NCBI GenBank assembly: GCA_001001705.1
Contig: LCOG01000003.1
Span: 1 to 46,291, forward strand
Length of the DNA stretch: 46,291 bases
Direction: 5' to 3'
From: Parcubacteria group bacterium GW2011_GWA2_47_26
Lineage (GTDB): Bacteria; Patescibacteriota; Patescibacteriia; GWA2-47-26
The translations under genes were made by a program, and so were the position numbers. The notes beneath the pieces were generated by a model. That model was not told the origin of the DNA. It was given only the letters and a program-made list of their open reading frames with translations, and searched no databases. Positions 28,501 to 36,062 of this stretch are shown piece by piece (position 1 is the stretch's first letter; each line of letters starts with the position of its first letter).

Positions 28501-31500
28501 CTTGTGTTCCGAGCGGAAATCCTCCGGCTGGCGGTGTTAGAAGCGAAACTGTGTCCGCGCTTGTGCCAGACATGGATATATCAGTGCAAGTTACATTGAT
28601 GCCCCCAGCCGCTGTCACAGCCACTTGATAGTTTGTACAGGGTGGACGCGCCGGGGTCGCTGTAGATGTAATAGTATTTACCACGCAATCCGCACCCGAT
28701 GAACAAACGCTTTGATAGCCATTGGTACAACGGCGCAAAGTACCGGCTGACGGCGCACTACATAAGCCGCTCACGGCAGTAGAAGCAGAAATAGCGGCGG
28801 CATCAGCGATACGCTTCAAACTCCAAGTTTTTAATTGATAACCCGCAGTATCTGAACCCTCCCAAGTGTAGTAAGTTTGCGAGTCAGGCGCGGGCTGCTC
28901 ACAAGCGCGCAGTTCTGAATAGTATTCGCGTTGCTCGGTTTGTAAATTAGTAAATTCATCGCAACCATTATCTTGCGCACTGCATTCACGCGTGCGAGAC
29001 GGAATAATTAAGTAGAGATTTTCGCCAGCGAGTTTAGGCTCAAAAGTTGAGGCCTGTTTAATATAAGTATTGTAACCAAGGCATTCGGAAGGACAGCGAT
29101 CCGCGGCTGTAACAATACCCGGCACTGCCCCGTTAGAGCCCGCGGACGCACCAGTGCGTCCTGCCTCTAACGGGGTGTAACGCTCGCATCCAACTTCTTC
29201 ACGGCGGCAAAGACGGCTATAGGTTGCGCATTCCGCGCGGTCAGTAACCTCGCCCGTACAACCAAGATAAGCCGGCGGCACGCGGAAATAAGCTTTTTGC
29301 GCGTCAGAGGCATAGCTCTCGCGGTAATTGGTGGCCGTTGTGCCGGACTCAAGTTGGACCGCGTCAACATACACATCGGCAACGGCGCCAGTATTTTTCT
29401 TCAGTTGCAACTCGGCGCTGCGCGCTTGCGCTGGAACAGTTAAAGTGCAGGATTGTCGTACATAAGTTGCGGCGTTGTTGCCCGCCAAAAAATAAGGGGC
29501 GAAAACCAGCGCAGTGTAACCACTGCCTCCTCCATCCGAAACGCAACTAGACGCTTCATCTACTACTGTAAGGGTAGTTCCGCTTCCATCTTTAATTGTG
29601 AGCATCGCCAGGGCCTGGTCATCTGGTGCAGACGCGTCTCCTCCTTTGGCATACATTGATAGCGTATAGGTTGTGCTGCCCTGAATTGGTATCTGTAGAG
29701 TATGGCGAGCGGCTGTCATATTTAGCTTCAAGGCTCCTCTTCCTTCAAAAGCCTGTGTTCCATCCGATATCCAATGTCCTTGGGCGGGAGTCCAGCTATC
29801 TGGCTCTCCAGTTGGCGCCGCCTCATCCCTTTCAAATCCCGGATTTTGGATTAAGTTCGCTGAACCAGAAGTGATAAATTCTCGACAGCCGTCGGCGGCG
29901 GCAGTGCAAGCGCCAGCGTCTTTGTCCAGATAAAGCCGCCGCAGCGGTGAAGAGTCGCTCCACGCTAGCGCTCCGCTAGCGCCCGAGGGCGTCTGGCTTG
30001 TTAAATAGCCAGTGCACCCGGCGTTATCCGCATTGCAAATTCCAAAATTTAAAGTATTTTCTAAAAGCGAGACTTGTTGGGCCGCCGCAACAGTCGCGCC
30101 CGGCGGGGCCGTCTGCTTTCTAAAGGTATCGCAAGAGGCATACTGGCTGTCGCAAGCATCACCATCAAAACGCCAGATATTTTTCTCCCGCGTGCAATAG
30201 CCCCAAGCGTGACAATTGCCTAATTCATCTTGAGAAACACAATGGCGGACATCCGCGCAAATTTCTTGCCGACCAATTCCAGAACCATCTAGCAAAGCGC
30301 CCCAGACTCGGGCTCCACAGCTTGCCACTGGCGCTTTCAAAACCCAATTTTCATCAACTAAACCGCAAAATCGCGATTCTCCGGGATCGGTTGGAACCCC
30401 TCCCGCGCCTGGCCCTTGGCACCCGGGCGTATCGCCTTCTTGCCTATAACCATTAAGCACATCGCCAAGCGTGGCGGGAGTGCCATCAGCCAGAATACGT
30501 TCGGCGGCCAACTCCCAGCCAATCGGAATAATTCGCAACAGCCGCAGTTTTTTCATTGATGAATAAGAATAGCCAGCAGTATAGTCGGGTTCTTGAGGTG
30601 GAGTGCCGCGCGGCTGTACATAACCAAAAGGTTTGGCGCGATCAAGATAACCTCCTTGGGCTGGGCCAGCGGCTTCTTTAACGGTTAGGGGCGAACCGGC
30701 GCTTGCGCGCTGAATGGCCACCATGAATTGCTGATCTATGGCGCAGTTAAATTGAGTGGCCATTTTGCGATCTTGCGGGCAGGCTCCCAGCTCGCTTAGA
30801 AAATCATACGCGCCAGTTGAAGTTCTAATTTGCGGAGCAAGCAAGGCCGAGGCCGCGGCAGAAAGACCCGCGCCGCCCCGCCTTCCGCGCGCTCCACCGG
30901 AAAAGGGCGCCATAAGATCCGGCCGCGTCTCATCGCCGGCGCCAAGACTGAACAGTCCCTGAATAGCCATTTTTAACATGCGCGCCGCTAAAGTATTTAC
31001 AAAAGTAGAAAGCACGGTCGTGCCCACTGCCAGCCAAACATCTCCGCCGCCAATGGCGCCGGCCAATGCTAAAGCTGATGGTGGCTGTGTTGATGCTTCG
31101 CCAGTTCTGGCAAGCTTATTAAAATTCTCACGCATGACTTGAGCCGGTGTTTTTACTCCACCACCAATAATGCTCTCCTTTGGTAAAATGCCGCCGCCTT
31201 CCAAACGTTTAGTAAATTCGCCTAGCTTTTTAGCTTCGTATTGGATGCGAAATGCCTCATTAGCTTTAAAGGCCTGACCTAAATCAGTCTGCCCCGGATC
31301 AAAATTAACTGAAAGATGGCGCAACAGGGCCTGCGGATCGCGGGCTTCTGCCACGACCGACTGCCAGTTTTGAACAGTTTGCGCAAAATCGCATCTCGGT
31401 GCCGGACGCTGAAATTGTTCAGCAAGCCCCAAAGCAATGGAAAGCCCGACATCCGGTATACGCGGGCTGCACAGGTCTAGACCGAGGCTTTCCCAAGGTC

Positions 31501-31879
31501 CGGCAAGATTGCCAATAAACTCGCCAGCGGCATCAAAAGCCACATCAGTAAAATACTCTTTGGGATTTTTGGCAAAAGCGCAGGCTTGCTCTCCTTTGCA
31601 CCCCGTAGAAAGTCCGACCGCCATGTCATAAGCCATTTGTTGGGCGAAAAGAGTGGTCGCATTGATTATGCCCACCAACGCTGAAGACCATATTGAACGC
31701 CACCAACCTTGTTGGATCGGTTCTCGCAAAATTGCGGTCAGGAGCGGACCCGGGGCTTCCTCGGTAAAGAGTTGTGCGCGAACTGGACGCGGAATTGCTA
31801 TTGCACTTACCACAAAAACAAAAGCAAAGCAGAAGAGAAGGATTTTAAGAATAGCGCGCTGGAAAAACCTGTGATACAT
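22535..31879 (-). CDS. Giant (3114 aa) Cys-rich exported/surface protein with CBM4/9-like jelly-roll domains
   Basis: Signal peptide (PVRAQ), hydrophobic N-terminal segments, NLIQNPGFE...YVDAVQLE and ENFEGG...FYLDDISL domains, DTNGDG Ca-binding loop, very many Cys. Confidence 0.85.
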   Translation of the reverse strand: MYHRFFQRAILKILLFCFAFVFVVSAIAIPRPVRAQLFTEEAPGPLLTAILREPIQQGWWRSIWSSALVGIINATTLFAQQMAYDMAVGLSTGCKGEQACAFAKNPKEYFTDVAFDAAGEFIGNLAGPWESLGLDLCSPRIPDVGLSIALGLAEQFQRPAPRCDFAQTVQNWQSVVAEARDPQALLRHLSVNFDPGQTDLGQAFKANEAFRIQYEAKKLGEFTKRLEGGGILPKESIIGGGVKTPAQVMRENFNKLARTGEASTQPPSALALAGAIGGGDVWLAVGTTVLSTFVNTLAARMLKMAIQGLFSLGAGDETRPDLMAPFSGGARGRRGGAGLSAAASALLAPQIRTSTGAYDFLSELGACPQDRKMATQFNCAIDQQFMVAIQRASAGSPLTVKEAAGPAQGGYLDRAKPFGYVQPRGTPPQEPDYTAGYSYSSMKKLRLLRIIPIGWELAAERILADGTPATLGDVLNGYRQEGDTPGCQGPGAGGVPTDPGESRFCGLVDENWVLKAPVASCGARVWGALLDGSGIGRQEICADVRHCVSQDELGNCHAWGYCTREKNIWRFDGDACDSQYASCDTFRKQTAPPGATVAAAQQVSLLENTLNFGICNADNAGCTGYLTSQTPSGASGALAWSDSSPLRRLYLDKDAGACTAAADGCREFITSGSANLIQNPGFERDEAAPTGEPDSWTPAQGHWISDGTQAFEGRGALKLNMTAARHTLQIPIQGSTTYTLSMYAKGGDASAPDDQALAMLTIKDGSGTTLTVVDEASSCVSDGGGSGYTALVFAPYFLAGNNAATYVRQSCTLTVPAQARSAELQLKKNTGAVADVYVDAVQLESGTTATNYRESYASDAQKAYFRVPPAYLGCTGEVTDRAECATYSRLCRREEVGCERYTPLEAGRTGASAGSNGAVPGIVTAADRCPSECLGYNTYIKQASTFEPKLAGENLYLIIPSRTRECSAQDNGCDEFTNLQTEQREYYSELRACEQPAPDSQTYYTWEGSDTAGYQLKTWSLKRIADAAAISASTAVSGLCSAPSAGTLRRCTNGYQSVCSSGADCVVNTITSTATPARPPCTNYQVAVTAAGGINVTCTDISMSGTSADTVSLLTPPAGGFPLGTQAFCTKADSLNPDRSDCRAFYDAAGNIFYRLLSRTILSTSECRAYRWTGFPTLPEVTRTPAATRVELEREACTHGHGSWNIATNQCIYLGVPSQSRSCSSQVSGCRGYKGNTGSNVEVVLTENFEGGVANWDAPGGTTVSSSSEALTVSGHSLRVQNAAPRVAGAPPGPGSGAAYNLAAPSRSSPQIQTGQTFLVSFIAKGTLGANIESVFRNNSGTSPPTWSLGSVSLTPDWRLFQLGPVTISDLTPSICTLSPATPATAPTRCSAGSPAAEVCTVPVGATSCTYLDDPELFFRNAAVNTGGNINFYLDDISLRRVSDTIYLVKNSWSIPDSCNTLPAELGGGRLRGAMVGCASYNDRANTTHNLKSFNALCRNEAVGCQDLIDTQGSDNQAAQQFNTTNSGTCRGSPGECRVDTNGDGVVNSSDTVVCTVAAGETSCSYSRNIQIDDWTVPADEHRYVVVDPTKACQAAQKGCRALGRSDSSGAYTTAYLKDDPNLYSSTLCQFEAEGCATWQRTDQSLAYFKDPGALGCEWRTNVNIGGTSYSGWFRKNKQAVVDDDKIDRREECSGYGTWNNATKTCVAPGGASITRGATPPAPLASGIWADWPASCTPGTCTGAACANCARLCNSGAQGTWQEDAPTGVGATNGTCVADTPCYGSVQVTGTDDLPRVAINVTGTYLIGGTTFGIRRNGDALYQNRSGDCPQDQATCTEFIDPTDRTQSSRGQAYYFKENARLDEARRACNGQVSRKEGCVLFDKTENVQKLWGTEQTYYESDNLRNNPGGRVAAQFDNRQMCRGSSTAINNGKVCVATVNDASTQVLTTACTTSGGRCQSVNDTNIVLRVLRDRECAEWFQCASAQWVWDPTVSSGGGFRAVCALVARCDELNPTRALPSGSIVQCGSWSPNPVLTQAPNVSQATCEVINGAWLSRPTTAGQLEYYCDLATGSASDKNACEQLGGVWQGQGASPSETNGLCMLGRLTDRTYLLRDRRFQGHEYTGYSVPNIYAIDQLREVNIRSGGSNVFRLAHPTGQPCSATVSCPTDQTCTSAGCAVNPNGSGEPSAPAALPNIMAQDQLQCRGYPETSSPFPNTAEVRGEVRSEASAFNNASRCSQPPSGTPSVNQPLACECSYIKAEYGGQPVYRRQMATDLPPRICVGGSATGSGSVAGKTCVPDADTPTALQVRESECTTGGGACQGLGRTSTAVGWQGYCLERDSSRNINAAPDQNPCLTWWPVDRLSGAPDVYNQFDSAGYIPANDRQFYCIFASGAENQRVVFDERFSVADSYINVLTKRPSGADIYQHDIQGILVEISDMNAVCSDPIFCPQGEIIDTARVAPRNPATIYGPMGAFTEKPSWTRTTGEDWILGVRNYRWAYDFEDENDPSGVDNNHSWWWWGADDGNGLNMALFARLINTDTSSGGSPLFVSSLNNVQGIHEGDTGMGLIATWNSFGGMTVENFDDATTSNDSDQATTIFKFNSTTKKLEYIRFGFYNDGNHETELLRVRVLINTYPHCTEVTQIDQLPASPGSAPQTNRFWAGSRPIIHSRARAPLCNLASPRIYPGTTSPTFCVPKPAVGGNCALNPPSQRGIRVLGYDNNLRQDDIRGCWACPSMDDNVEGGDCLPPERIDYSYSLEPQPWGASTSTEAPTSVPPDHPWFLNHNLLESAPPVGPLDAVPFAGWPYGCETAETACSVHARALPNVPLGGGGENPVVPLNAFESTSDPNTPDAARNSFSQLFARRYQSYQWMRPTDTSYTLRGVSDLAAAYWDNRTSGTAPAVNSVGAGFNGLEELSQGFTVNDKYAPEDVVQGADGFMAVTMKFFAWANSNQMPIRSIAINWGDGLSSLTGQGLYRNARGRTGSGAGTSGCNNSDFGTLLATQNDPKSCFEGYYKYDYIYTCDRLSPSWRAGSACPVADFRDRYAGCCVFKPAVQVRDNWDICVGVCPGEPQAVGCRDDECYAEYDPDGAVNTDQPWIPFQGVIAVAPRVRE
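29128..29175. repeat. Short family F-like palindrome in-frame in the giant gene
   Basis: CCCCGTTAGAG...GGACGCAC-CA-GTGCGTCC...CTCTAACGGGG, 48 bp. Confidence 0.75.
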
Positions 31880-31899
31880 ACTGGATCACTTTTGGTTAG

Positions 31900-31959
31900 G
31901 AGAAAATAGGGACACTTCTAAATTTTGCTACGCAAAATTAGAGGCGTCCCTATTTTCTC
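31900..31959. repeat. Family B palindrome upstream of the giant gene
   Basis: GAGAAAATAGGGACACTTCTAAATTTTGC...GCAAAATTAGAGGCGTCCCTATTTTCTC. Confidence 0.85.
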
Positions 31960-31983
31960 ACTAGAATGACAATACTTCATACA

Positions 31984-32748
31984 TTAATTTTGATTTTTAT
32001 TTACATCCATCAAAGTCTCTCGATATAATCTCAAAAGTGTGGCATCATCAAATTTTTTCAACATGTCTTCGTCCATTCCAGCTGACTTTAGCAAATCGCG
32101 AATTTCCTGCGGGGTGGGATTCTGCGGCAGGGCGCTTGAATTTCCATCCCCAACCGTTTGCTCGCTTGATGAAACGCTCGGCGCCTGTTGCGCCTCTTGG
32201 AACATTCTTATTAGGGCTTCGTCATTAAATTGATTCAGAACTGTTTCCGAAACTCCGCCTCGGCGCAAAAAAGTACGGATGGAATTCGCATCACTGATAC
32301 CCGGCACGCCTGTTTGCTGAAGTCGCGAGATAATTGTCGCATCATATAAACTGCTACCCATTTGCTGTCTTTGCACTTCTTGCGCGGAAGGCAAGATTGC
32401 AAGGCGGCAATCTTTGCCAGTTGGACAATTTGGATCAGTCCCAGCCTCAATCTCGAATTTATCAGATAGACCATCGGAATCAGAATCTTCTAAAAAGGGG
32501 CTGGTTTTGTAAACTTGCAATTCTTGAGCGTCCGTCAGACCGTCGCGATCAGTATCTTTGGTGCTAGTCAATAAATCTTCCACTGTAAAACTCGAATTGG
32601 CGCGCGGAGGCGGAGGCGGCAAACGGAACGGAGCCTGTAAGCGCGTTTTGAATGTTGACAAAGCCAGAGTCAAGGTTGACGCGCCTAATATAAAAAGAAC
32701 AATAACCGCAATAGTAATACCCAAGCGCGTTTTCCGAACCTGCTCCAT
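31984..32748 (-). CDS. Membrane-anchored protein with bacterial thrombospondin type 3-like Ca-binding repeats
   Basis: N-terminal TM; DTDRDGLTDAQE, DSDSDGLSDKFE..GTDP; duplicated helical motif IRxxLxxxG..LxxFxDxxL. Confidence 0.75.
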   Translation of the reverse strand: MEQVRKTRLGITIAVIVLFILGASTLTLALSTFKTRLQAPFRLPPPPPRANSSFTVEDLLTSTKDTDRDGLTDAQELQVYKTSPFLEDSDSDGLSDKFEIEAGTDPNCPTGKDCRLAILPSAQEVQRQQMGSSLYDATIISRLQQTGVPGISDANSIRTFLRRGGVSETVLNQFNDEALIRMFQEAQQAPSVSSSEQTVGDGNSSALPQNPTPQEIRDLLKSAGMDEDMLKKFDDATLLRLYRETLMDVNKNQN

Positions 32749-32822
32749 ATACCATATTGTATCAAAAGATAAAGCTGGTGTAAATTAGGAGGAGTGTGTA
32801 TAATTCACAAAATGGCAAATTT

Positions 32823-32904
32823 TGTCATCCTGAGCGTCAGCGAAGGATCCCGCACTTTTACGCACGAGATTCTTCGCCCCGCCAAGGCGGGGCTCAGAAT
32901 GACA
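32823..32904. repeat. Family A doublet upstream of glyA
   Basis: TGTCATCCTGAGCGTCAGCGAAGGATCC...GAGATTCTTCG...GCTCAGAATGACA. Confidence 0.85.
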
Positions 32905-32933
32905 GTATTTCAACAGACACTAATTCCACTTCT

Positions 32934-34226
32934 ATGTCCCATCTCTCTCAATTCGACCCCGAAATCGCGAACGCCATTGAAAGCGAACTTATTCGCCAGC
33001 GCCAGGTTTTGGAAATGATCCCGTCAGAAAATTTTACCTCGGAAGCGGTACTTGAAGCAATGGGTAGCGTGCTTACCAATAAGTACTCTGAAGGTTATCC
33101 TGGCAAGCGCTACTATGGCGGCAATGAATATATTGATCAGATAGAAAACCTCGCCCGTGACAGAGCTAAAGCTTTGTTTGGCGTAAGCCACGCCAATGTG
33201 CAATCCTACTCCGGCTCGCCGGCTAATCAAGCGGTGTGCTTTGGACTGGTCAGCCCGGGCGATAAAATCATGGGCCTGCACCTTTTTTACGGCGGGCATT
33301 TGACGCACGGCTGGAATGTTAATTTTTCCGGAGTGTATTATACATCGGTGCAGTATGTTACCGGGCGCGATGGATATATTGATTATGACGCGCTTGCTAA
33401 GCAAGTTTCCGAGGAGAAACCCAAATTGATCTTTGTGGGCGCCACGGCGTACCCGCGTAAATTTGATTTTTCCACACTGGCGCAAATCGCAAAAAGTGTT
33501 GATGCCTACCTTGTTGCGGATATTTCGCATATTGCCGGACTTGTAATTTCCGAAGACCATCCTTCACCAGTAGGACACGCTGATGTCATAACTACGACGA
33601 CGCACAAAACTCTGCGCGGACCGCGCGGAGCCATTATTCTTTGCAATGGCGAATCAAGCGAACCATTAAAAGCGCCGCCAGAGCGCTCACGGAAATATTT
33701 GCCCACTATGATTGATCGCGCGGTCTTTCCGGGGCTACAAGGCGGGCCGCACAACCACCAGACTGCCGCGATTGCTGTTGCCTTAAAAGAAGCCGCTACG
33801 CCGGAATTCAAAGAATATGGCCATCAAGTTATGCGCAATGCTAAGGCTTTGGCTCAAGCCTTGCTTGATGAAGGCATTGCCTTGATAACCGGCGGCACAG
33901 ACAACCACCTTATCCTTGCGGATTTAACACCATTAAATATTGGAGGCAAGCAAGCGCAAAATGTCCTTGATGAAGTTGGCATCACGCTTAATAAAAATAT
34001 GATACCTTTTGACACGCGCAAACCTTTTGACCCTTCGGGGATTCGTTTGGGAACTCCGGCTTTGACTACCCGCGGATTTAATGAAGAGGACATGCGTGTT
34101 ATTGGAAAAATAATTGGCGAGGTTTTGAAGGATTCCACTAATGAAACAATAAAAAACAAAGCGCGAGACACCGTACGCGAGCTTACGGAAAAGCATCCGC
34201 TGTATCCGGGACTGACCGTATTGTAG
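32934..34226 (+). CDS. glyA: Serine hydroxymethyltransferase
   Basis: IPSENF, NKYSEGYPGKRYYGG, GGHLTHG, TTTTHKTLRGPRG, SGIRLGTPALTTRG. Confidence 0.98.
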   Translation: MSHLSQFDPEIANAIESELIRQRQVLEMIPSENFTSEAVLEAMGSVLTNKYSEGYPGKRYYGGNEYIDQIENLARDRAKALFGVSHANVQSYSGSPANQAVCFGLVSPGDKIMGLHLFYGGHLTHGWNVNFSGVYYTSVQYVTGRDGYIDYDALAKQVSEEKPKLIFVGATAYPRKFDFSTLAQIAKSVDAYLVADISHIAGLVISEDHPSPVGHADVITTTTHKTLRGPRGAIILCNGESSEPLKAPPERSRKYLPTMIDRAVFPGLQGGPHNHQTAAIAVALKEAATPEFKEYGHQVMRNAKALAQALLDEGIALITGGTDNHLILADLTPLNIGGKQAQNVLDEVGITLNKNMIPFDTRKPFDPSGIRLGTPALTTRGFNEEDMRVIGKIIGEVLKDSTNETIKNKARDTVRELTEKHPLYPGLTVL

Positions 34227-34278
34227 TAAAAAGGGAACGTTTCTCTTTTTACTTCCTTTTTACCCTTTTTACTTCCCT

Positions 34279-35295
34279 ATGCAACTCATTGACGGCCGCG
34301 CAATTGCTGACAAAATCCGCCAAGAAGTAAAAGAAGAAATTACACGGCTCGGGATTACCCCGGGTCTTGGTGTTATTTTGGTTGGCAACGATCCGGCCTC
34401 GTATCTCTATGTGTCGTTGAAACAAAAGGCCTGCCAAGAGGTCGGCATTAAATTTGAAAAATATGTGTTGCCAACGACTGATACGCACAAAGGTGTCATT
34501 CCGAGGCGCGCAGCCGAGGAATCCCGTGCTGACCAGAATAACGAGATTCTTCGCTACGCTCAGAATGACAATGTGTGTGGATGCGAACAGTGTATTATTA
34601 ATCTAATTAGAAATCTCAATGTGCGTCCTGACATTCACGGCATTCTTGTCCAGGTGCCGCTACCGCCGCCATATAACAAAAATAAAATAATCAGCACTCT
34701 GGAACCAGACAAAGACGTTGATGGATTTCACCAAGTTAATCTGCGCGCCACTTTGGAGGGAGAGGCGCGCATCATTCCGGGAGTGGCTTTGGGGGTTGAT
34801 GCGCTTATTGGCGAGACATTGCGAGTAAAAGGAGCCGCCTCTAATTTTACGGAGCAAAATTTAGAAGTGGGTCCTTTTGCTAACTCACTTACAAATAAAA
34901 AAGCGGTATTGCTCATGAACAGTACCACTTTTGCATTGCCAATTGAATATTTACTGGAGGGGCGCGGAGCACTTGTGCATATTATTTTACGCCCTAGCGA
35001 GATTACCCCCGAGATCATCGCACAATTAAAAACTGCGGATATTTTTGTCGTGGCAATAGGGCGGCCGCAGATCATTAAGGGCGACATGCTTAAAGACGGC
35101 GCAATTGTTATTGATGTCGGCACTAATCGTTTACCGGATGGGAAGCTCGTTGGTGATGTAGATTTTGAAACTACCCAAAACAAACCCGGCTTTATTACAC
35201 CCGTGCCCGGAGGAGTGGGCCCGATGACTGTAGCGATGCTACTACGGAATACTATAGAGCTTGCCAAGGCGCAATCGAAGGCGCAAACGCGCTAA
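34279..35295 (+). CDS. folD: Bifunctional methylene-THF dehydrogenase/cyclohydrolase with two in-frame repeat insertions
   Basis: GILVQVPLP, KDVDGFH, IDVG, GDVDF, ITPVPGGVGPMTVAML. Confidence 0.96.
   Translation: MQLIDGRAIADKIRQEVKEEITRLGITPGLGVILVGNDPASYLYVSLKQKACQEVGIKFEKYVLPTTDTHKGVIPRRAAEESRADQNNEILRYAQNDNVCGCEQCIINLIRNLNVRPDIHGILVQVPLPPPYNKNKIISTLEPDKDVDGFHQVNLRATLEGEARIIPGVALGVDALIGETLRVKGAASNFTEQNLEVGPFANSLTNKKAVLLMNSTTFALPIEYLLEGRGALVHIILRPSEITPEIIAQLKTADIFVVAIGRPQIIKGDMLKDGAIVIDVGTNRLPDGKLVGDVDFETTQNKPGFITPVPGGVGPMTVAMLLRNTIELAKAQSKAQTR
34494..34570. repeat. Family A doublet in-frame in folD
   Basis: Encodes VIPRRAAEESRADQNNEILRYAQND. Confidence 0.88.
34827..34878. repeat. Family B palindrome in-frame in folD
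   Basis: Encodes KGAASNFTEQNLEVGPF. Confidence 0.85.
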
Positions 35296-35323
35296 TTCGT
35301 ATTGCCATGGCAATTTGAATTAG
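35292..35323. repeat. Palindrome downstream of PaaX-like gene 2 containing both convergent stop codons
   Basis: CTAATTCGTATTGCCATGGCAATTTGAATTAG. Confidence 0.85.
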
Positions 35324-35883
35324 GGGTGAAGTTTAAAATGATAACATACCGCCTTTTCATGCAGGCCAAGGGAAGTCGCAAGTAAAAGTGAGACATGCTT
35401 CTCGATCTCATAAAACTTACAAACACGGCACAATTCCTCCTCGCACGGATATGGACACACAAAGATACTCTTCTGAATATGGTAAAATCCTAGTGCTTTT
35501 AAATGTTGGCGAAGGAACTCGCGGGAGACTTTTTTAACAGTTGGCACATCGAACGCAACTACCCGCCAGAGGCCATCCCATTTAACTGGCTTTTTGAGAT
35601 TCATTTGCCAAAGCTCTCCTCTCTCCAGTGCTGCCTTACCTTTTGGCGCAAGTTTTGCAATAATTCGCCCTTCATGATCCTCTCTTAGCGCAATCAGTTT
35701 CAAGCGCTGTAATCTTTTGAGTTGCTGACGTATATACCACATCTTATACTTTGCAAACCGTGTAAGTAGTTTTGGCGCCAATGGTCCGGCAAAGCCCGCG
35801 AGCGTGATCACAAGCACAGAATCCCGCAACGTTTCAAGAATTAGCTTTGTTAGTTCTCGTTTGTAAGGTTTTTTCTTGTTCAT
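35320..35883 (-). CDS. PaaX-like protein (winged helix plus Cas2-like fold), copy 2
   Basis: LKRLQRLKLI..KLAPKGK; KWDGLWRVVAFDVP..REFLRQHLKALGFYHIQKSIFVCPYPCEEE. Confidence 0.87.
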   Translation of the reverse strand: MNKKKPYKRELTKLILETLRDSVLVITLAGFAGPLAPKLLTRFAKYKMWYIRQQLKRLQRLKLIALREDHEGRIIAKLAPKGKAALERGELWQMNLKKPVKWDGLWRVVAFDVPTVKKVSREFLRQHLKALGFYHIQKSIFVCPYPCEEELCRVCKFYEIEKHVSLLLATSLGLHEKAVCYHFKLHP

Positions 35884-35947
35884 ATATATTACCAGCGCCA
35901 CGCATCAGCAGGCTATGACAGGACTTTAGCCACAGGTAGTCCACAAT

Positions 35948-35995
35948 CATCATAGCTAATTCGTATTGCCATGGCAATACGAATTAGCTATGATG
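35948..35995. repeat. Perfect 48-bp palindrome upstream of PaaX-like gene 2
   Basis: CATCATAGCTAATTCGTATTGCCA|TGGCAATACGAATTAGCTATGATG. Confidence 0.9.
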
Positions 35996-36062
35996 TGTCA
36001 TCCCTGTCAGTAAAGCATAAGGCTGAACCTTAAATCCGTGGAGCATATTCGGCAATAATCCT

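Noticed and set aside
32796-32933. N-terminal extension of GlyA
   Set aside because: It is a translation of a family A repeat; homology starts at the ATG at 32934
9228-35901. Calling the two Cas2-fold ORFs a CRISPR-Cas system
   Set aside because: No cas1 or other cas genes and no repeat-spacer array; both have an N-terminal winged helix typical of PaaX-like proteins
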